From Malacoraja senta (lineage: Eukaryota): a DNA stretch of 64,000 bases. The stretch covers positions 11,596,001-11,660,000 of the forward strand of contig CM075993.1 of the NCBI GenBank assembly GCA_038087875.1. Direction: 5' to 3'. The position numbers and the translations under genes are program-made. Under the pieces are notes generated by a model. The model made no database searches, was not told the DNA's origin, and saw nothing but the letters and a program-made list of their open reading frames with translations. This document shows, one piece after another, positions 59,401-64,000 of the stretch (position 1 is its first letter; each line of letters opens with the position of its first letter).

Positions 59401-59854
59401 AATTAGGCCATTTGGCCCCAGGATGGAAATATCAAATATTAGAGGGCATAGCTTTAAGGTGCGAGGGGAAAGTTTAAGCAAATGTTTTACACAGAGAGTC
59501 GTGGGTGCCTGGAACGCACTGTCAGAGGTGGTGGTGGAGGAGGCAGATATGGTAATGGTGTTTAAGCGACTTCTGGATAGGCACATGGATATGCAGGGAG
59601 TGGAGGGATATGGAGTATGTGCAGGCAGATAAGAGTTGGTATTGGCAGAGCTGTACTGTACTGTTGATATGATATATAGATATGGAGATATAGCGTGGAA
59701 ACAGGCCCTTTGGCCCATCGAGTCCCTGCCGACCAGTGATCACCTATCCTACACATTAGGGACAGTTTAAAATTTACCAAAGCTAATGAACCTGGAGCAC
59801 CTGGAGAAAACCTACACAGTCACAGGGAGAAGGTACAAACTCCATACAGACAGC

Positions 59855-60082
59855 CCCCTAGCGGCATAAACATTGACTTCTCCAATTTCCGGTAGCCCTT
59901 GCTGTCTCCTCCTCTTCTCAGCTCTCCCTCAGCCCTCGGGCTCCTCCTCTTCATTTCTACTTTCTTCTCCACGCCCCCCCCCCCCCCCACCCTACATCAG
60001 TCTGAAGAAGGGTTTCAGCCAGAAATGTTGCCTATTTCCTTCACTCTATAGATGCTGCTACACCCGCTGAGTTTCTCCAGAA
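59855..60082 (+). mobile_element. Penelope 3' end with degenerate hammerhead (60002-60029)
   Basis: NIDFSNFR-stop, pyrimidine UTR, CTGAAGAAGGGTTTCAGCCAGAAATGTT. Confidence 0.75.
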
Positions 60083-60232
60083 ATGTAGAGGTTAGGGGCC
60101 AGTTTAAAAAACCATTTGATTGAGGAGAGGAAAGGTTCACTGGGATTGATACTTGGACTGGTACATTGATAAGATAGGTTTGGAGGGGTATGGGACTAGC
60201 GTAGATGGGGCATCTTGGTCGAATGGACAAAT

Positions 60233-60636
60233 TAGGATCAACAAACTCATTAGGAAGGTTGGCTCCATCCTGGGGGTGGAGTTGGATTCACTGGAGGTGG
60301 GTCTTGGGAGGATGCTCCTCAAACTGCGGAACATCCTGGACAATACAGCTCACCCCCTCCGTGACGCACTGGTCAACCTGAGGAGCACCTTCAGCAACAG
60401 ACTGGTTCCACCAAGATGCAGCACAGAACGCCACAGGAGATCCTTCTTCCCTCTGGCTATCAAACTGTACAACTCCTCCCCCTTATGTCGTGGGGTAGAC
60501 TGACTCCTCCCCAATCTTTGCACATCCCCAATCTTTCCGCTCGTCACTTTAATTTCATATTTCATGTGTTTATGTATTTTTATGACTGTTGGTTGATCAA
60601 TTTCCCTCCTGGGATAAATAAAGTTCTATCGTATCG
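60233..60636 (+). mobile_element. Rex1/Babar-type LINE 3' end
   Basis: INKLIRKVGSILG...DNTAHPL...CSTERHRRSFFPLAIKLYN; GGGATAAATAAAG tail. Confidence 0.75.
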
Positions 60637-60699
60637 ATTCGTACGTTGGGCACAAGGACCTGTTTCAGTGCAGTATTATTCTGTGACTACCGCTGAAGC

Positions 60700-61061
<362 letters not shown>

Positions 61062-61135
61062 TGGGGTGTGTTTCTGTGTTGATCGTGTGTTGTGTGTGTA
61101 ACGACTGATCTCGTGAGCTTCCCTGTCGTGGCCAG

Positions 61136-61196
61136 CATCAGGCTGGTCTGTCCATGACGTGACGTTTCCGATACCCGACTATCAAGGGACAGCGAG
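61136..61196 (+). other. Candidate exon of an unidentified host gene
   Basis: CTTCCCTGTCGTGGCCAG acceptor and GAG|GTGAGT donor. One open frame (SGWSVHDVTFPIPDYQGTA), phase 1 to 2. Confidence 0.35.
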
Positions 61197-61304
61197 GTGA
61201 GTAACAGACTGGCTTGGGATGCAGTGTGGGTCCAGGGTAAACGCTGGCCGCCCGGTGTCCATCAGTCAGTCCACGTTTCATGTTACATGGTGACGCATTG
61301 TAAC

Positions 61305-61620
61305 CGGGTGGCTCAGTGGTAGAGTTGCTGCCTCACAGCACCAGAGACACAGGCTCGATCCTGACTACGGGCGCTGTCTGTACGGAGTTTGCACGTTTTC
61401 CCCGTGACCTGCGTGGGTTTTCCCCGAGATCTTCAGTTTCCTCCCACACTCCAAAGATGTAGAGGTTTGTAGGTTAATTGGCTTGGTATAATGGTAAATT
61501 GTCCCTAATGTGTGCTGGATAATGTTAATATGTGGGGATCGCTGGTCGACACAGACTCGCTGTGCCCAAAGGCCTGTATCTCTAAACAAAACTCAACTCA
61601 ACTAAACTAAACTCAACTAC
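61305..61620 (+). mobile_element. HE1 SINE
   Basis: A-box TGGCTCAGTGG, B-box GGCTCGATCC. Confidence 0.88.
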
Positions 61621-61753
61621 ATCTTAAACATCTGGCTTTACTGAAATCACAATGCCCTGATTGTCGTTTATTTCAGGATGCTGCCCTGATATACATTCAG
61701 TCTAAGCTGAAGTTTACAACACTTGAAACTGAAACACTTCATCAGTTCATATA

Positions 61754-62470
61754 TCATAGGAGCAGAATTGGGCCATTTGGCGCATCAAGTCTACTCTGCC
61801 ATTCAATCATGGCTGATCTATCTCTCCCCACTAACCCCATTCTCCTGCCTTCTCCCCATAACACCCAGACACCCGTACTAATCAAGTATCTATCAATCTC
61901 CACCTCAACAATACGTATTGATTTGGCCTCCATAGCCGTCTGTGGCAATGAATTCCACAGATTCACCATCCTCTGACTAAACAAATTCCTCCTTTAAAGA
62001 TACGTCCTTTTATTCTGAGGCTGTGCCCTCTGGCCCTAGACTCTCAAACTAGTGGAAACATCCTCACCATTTCCTCCTGCCTGCTCCTCCATTTGATAAG
62101 ATCTAAATAATCTTCCACCTCAGCACCATATTCCTGCACTAACCCCATGATTTCTTTAGAATCATAGAGTCACAGAGTGATACACCATGGAAACAGGCCC
62201 TTCAGCCCAACTTGCCCACACCGGCCAACATGTCCCAGCTACACAAGTGCCAACTACTTGGTCCATATCCCTCTAAACCTGTCCTATCCATGTGCCTAAC
62301 TGTTTCTTAAACGTTGCAATAGTCCCAGCCTTAATTACCTCCTCTGGCAGCTCGTTCCATACACCCACCACCCTTTGTGTGAAAAATTTACTCCTCAGAT
62401 TCCTATTCAATCTTTTCCCCTTCACCTTGAACCTATGTCCTCTGGTCCTCGATTCCCCTACTCTGGGCAT
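61754..62470 (-). mobile_element. Two CR1/HER1 3' fragments (61754-62065 and 62160-62470)
   Basis: QRMVNLWNSLP; SRTRGHRFKVKG. Confidence 0.8.
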
Positions 62471-62602
62471 GAGATTTCATTTCCAAAATTCTATTCATCT
62501 CTGACCTGAATATCCTCAGCGATTGGGTTTTCATTTGCCTCCTTAGTTGAAAATTCCAAGGATTCCCGATTCCCACCCACACCTCCCCCTTCTCCACACA
62601 AG

Positions 62603-62766
62603 GGTGAATAACCAGACAGATTCCGGAGTGGCGCTGGCAGGAGAGACATCCTTGAAAGACAACAATGAGACATTGAGAGATGTCGGGCGAAGCTCTCACA
62701 CCCAGCAACGCTGACCTCAAGGCAATCAATACACGCTTCAAAGCTGCCCTGGAAATATTCCTGGCT
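62603..62766 (+). other. Candidate exon of an unidentified host gene
   Basis: Pyrimidine tract plus AAG acceptor, GTAAGT donor. ATG at 62680 gives MSGEALTPSNADLKAINTRFKAALEIFLA, ending in phase 0. Confidence 0.35.
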
Positions 62767-62865
62767 GTAAGTGCCACGATGATGGCTAATGAAATCCCAG
62801 TGATTCACGGAGCAAGTATGATCAAACTGTACAGGAGTCAGGTAAACGGGTAAACAAGTCAAGGG

Positions 62866-63425
62866 GACCGCATTTAGAATATTGTGTTCAGTTCTGGGCA
62901 CCACGTTGTAGGAAAGATATTGTCAAGGGTTCAGAGAAGATTTACGAGGATGTTGCCAGGACTAGAGGTTCTGAGCTATAGGGAGAGGTTGAGTAGGCTG
63001 GATCTCTATTCCATGGAGCACACGAGGATGAGGGGAGATCTTATAGAAGTGTATAAGATCATGAGAAGATGCACAGAATCTGTAGATGCACAGAATCTCT
63101 TGCCCAGAGGAGGTGAATCGAGAATCAGAGGACATAGGTTCAAGGTGAAGAGGAAAAGATTTAATAGGAATCTGAGGGGAAGTTTATTCACACAAAGGGT
63201 GGTGGGTGTATGGAATAAGCTGCCAGAGGAGGTAGTTGAGGCAGGGACTATCCAAATGTTTAAGAAACAGTTAGACAGGTACATGGATAGGCCAGGTTTG
63301 GAGGGATATGGACCAAGCGCAGGTAGGTGGGACTAGTGTAGCTAGGACATGTTGGCCTGTGCGGGCAAGTTGGGCCGAAGGGCCTGTTTCCGCGCTGTTT
63401 CACTCTGTGACTCTATGAGTCTATG
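62866..63425 (+). mobile_element. HER1/CR1 LINE 3' fragment
   Basis: [13 protein letters not shown]...RMRGDLIEVYKIM; tail GGGCCGAAGGGCCTGTTTCCGCGCTG shared with HE1. Confidence 0.9.
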
Positions 63426-63436
63426 GCTCTGCCAAG

Positions 63437-63564
63437 ACATCGGGGATTTTGCCAGCTCTAGATATGTTGCCACGTTTCCACAAACCTGGCACAGCTTCAC
63501 TGGGACTCCACGTACAACACTTCAAAGGACATGTGAAGGACACTGTGCTTGACGCTGCAAAGCA
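63437..63564 (+). other. Candidate exon of an unidentified host gene
   Basis: Unique island between two LINEs. AAG acceptor, GTATGT donor, open in phase 0 (TSGILPALDMLPRFHKPG...DAAK). Confidence 0.3.
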
Positions 63565-63571
63565 GTATGTA

Positions 63572-64000
63572 ACTTCAAAAGTTTGAAGAAAAGGAAACAG
63601 CGTTAGAAGTCATCGAATATCATATTTGTATAATATTAACTTAAATGTAGAAATACCATCTACGGAGGGTATCAGAAGAGACTGGGAACAAGAGTTAGCT
63701 ATTAAAATTTCAAAGGAAAGTTGGAATGAACACTTATTAAACGTGCATAAATGTTCGATTAATGTAAGACACACTTTAATACAATTTAAAATTTTACATA
63801 GATTATATTATTCCAAAACTAAAATCCATAACATTTTCCCAAATGTATCATCCATTTGTGATAAATGTCAATGCTACTATAGCGCACTCATTTGTTTTCT
63901 GTACAAAAATTCAAAAATTTTGGAATGAAATTTTCGAAATCTTTACAAAATTATTTAAAATAAAACTGATACCCAAAGCAGAATGGATTATCTTCGGAAT
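63572..64000 (+). pseudogene. L1-clade LINE ORF2 C-terminal (Cys-rich) fragment
   Basis: WEQEL...LIQFKILHRLYYSKTK...CDKC, then C.KIQKFWNEIF after a frameshift. Confidence 0.8.

Overview
Vertebrate nuclear DNA. It is almost certainly from an elasmobranch (skate/ray/shark), judged by abundant HE1 SINEs and HER1/CR1 LINEs. The window is a deeply nested transposon mosaic: CR1 LINEs, Rex1/Babar, Tx1 and L1 fragments, HE1 SINEs, a TAA-flanked PIF/Harbinger-like element, a Helitron-like 5' end with a minisatellite, and a solo LTR. The main feature is a Penelope-like (RT + GIY-YIG) retroelement family. One copy (17867-20537, minus) keeps an uninterrupted frame of more than 800 codons, and its 3' end carries a minimal type I hammerhead-ribozyme motif (CTGAAGA-A-stem II-GAAAC-GTH). 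About 20 complete or partial copies of this motif are scattered through the window. Many sit in 100-300 bp non-coding inserts with their own 9-17 bp target-site duplications, often as fold-back palindromes, which suggests a mobile ribozyme-bearing mini-element (retrozyme-like) system. No host gene could be named. A few TE-free islands near 31.5-35.5 kb and 61-63.6 kb have splice signals in compatible phases and may be exons of an unidentified plus-strand gene. All family assignments come from motif recognition; no database searches were run.
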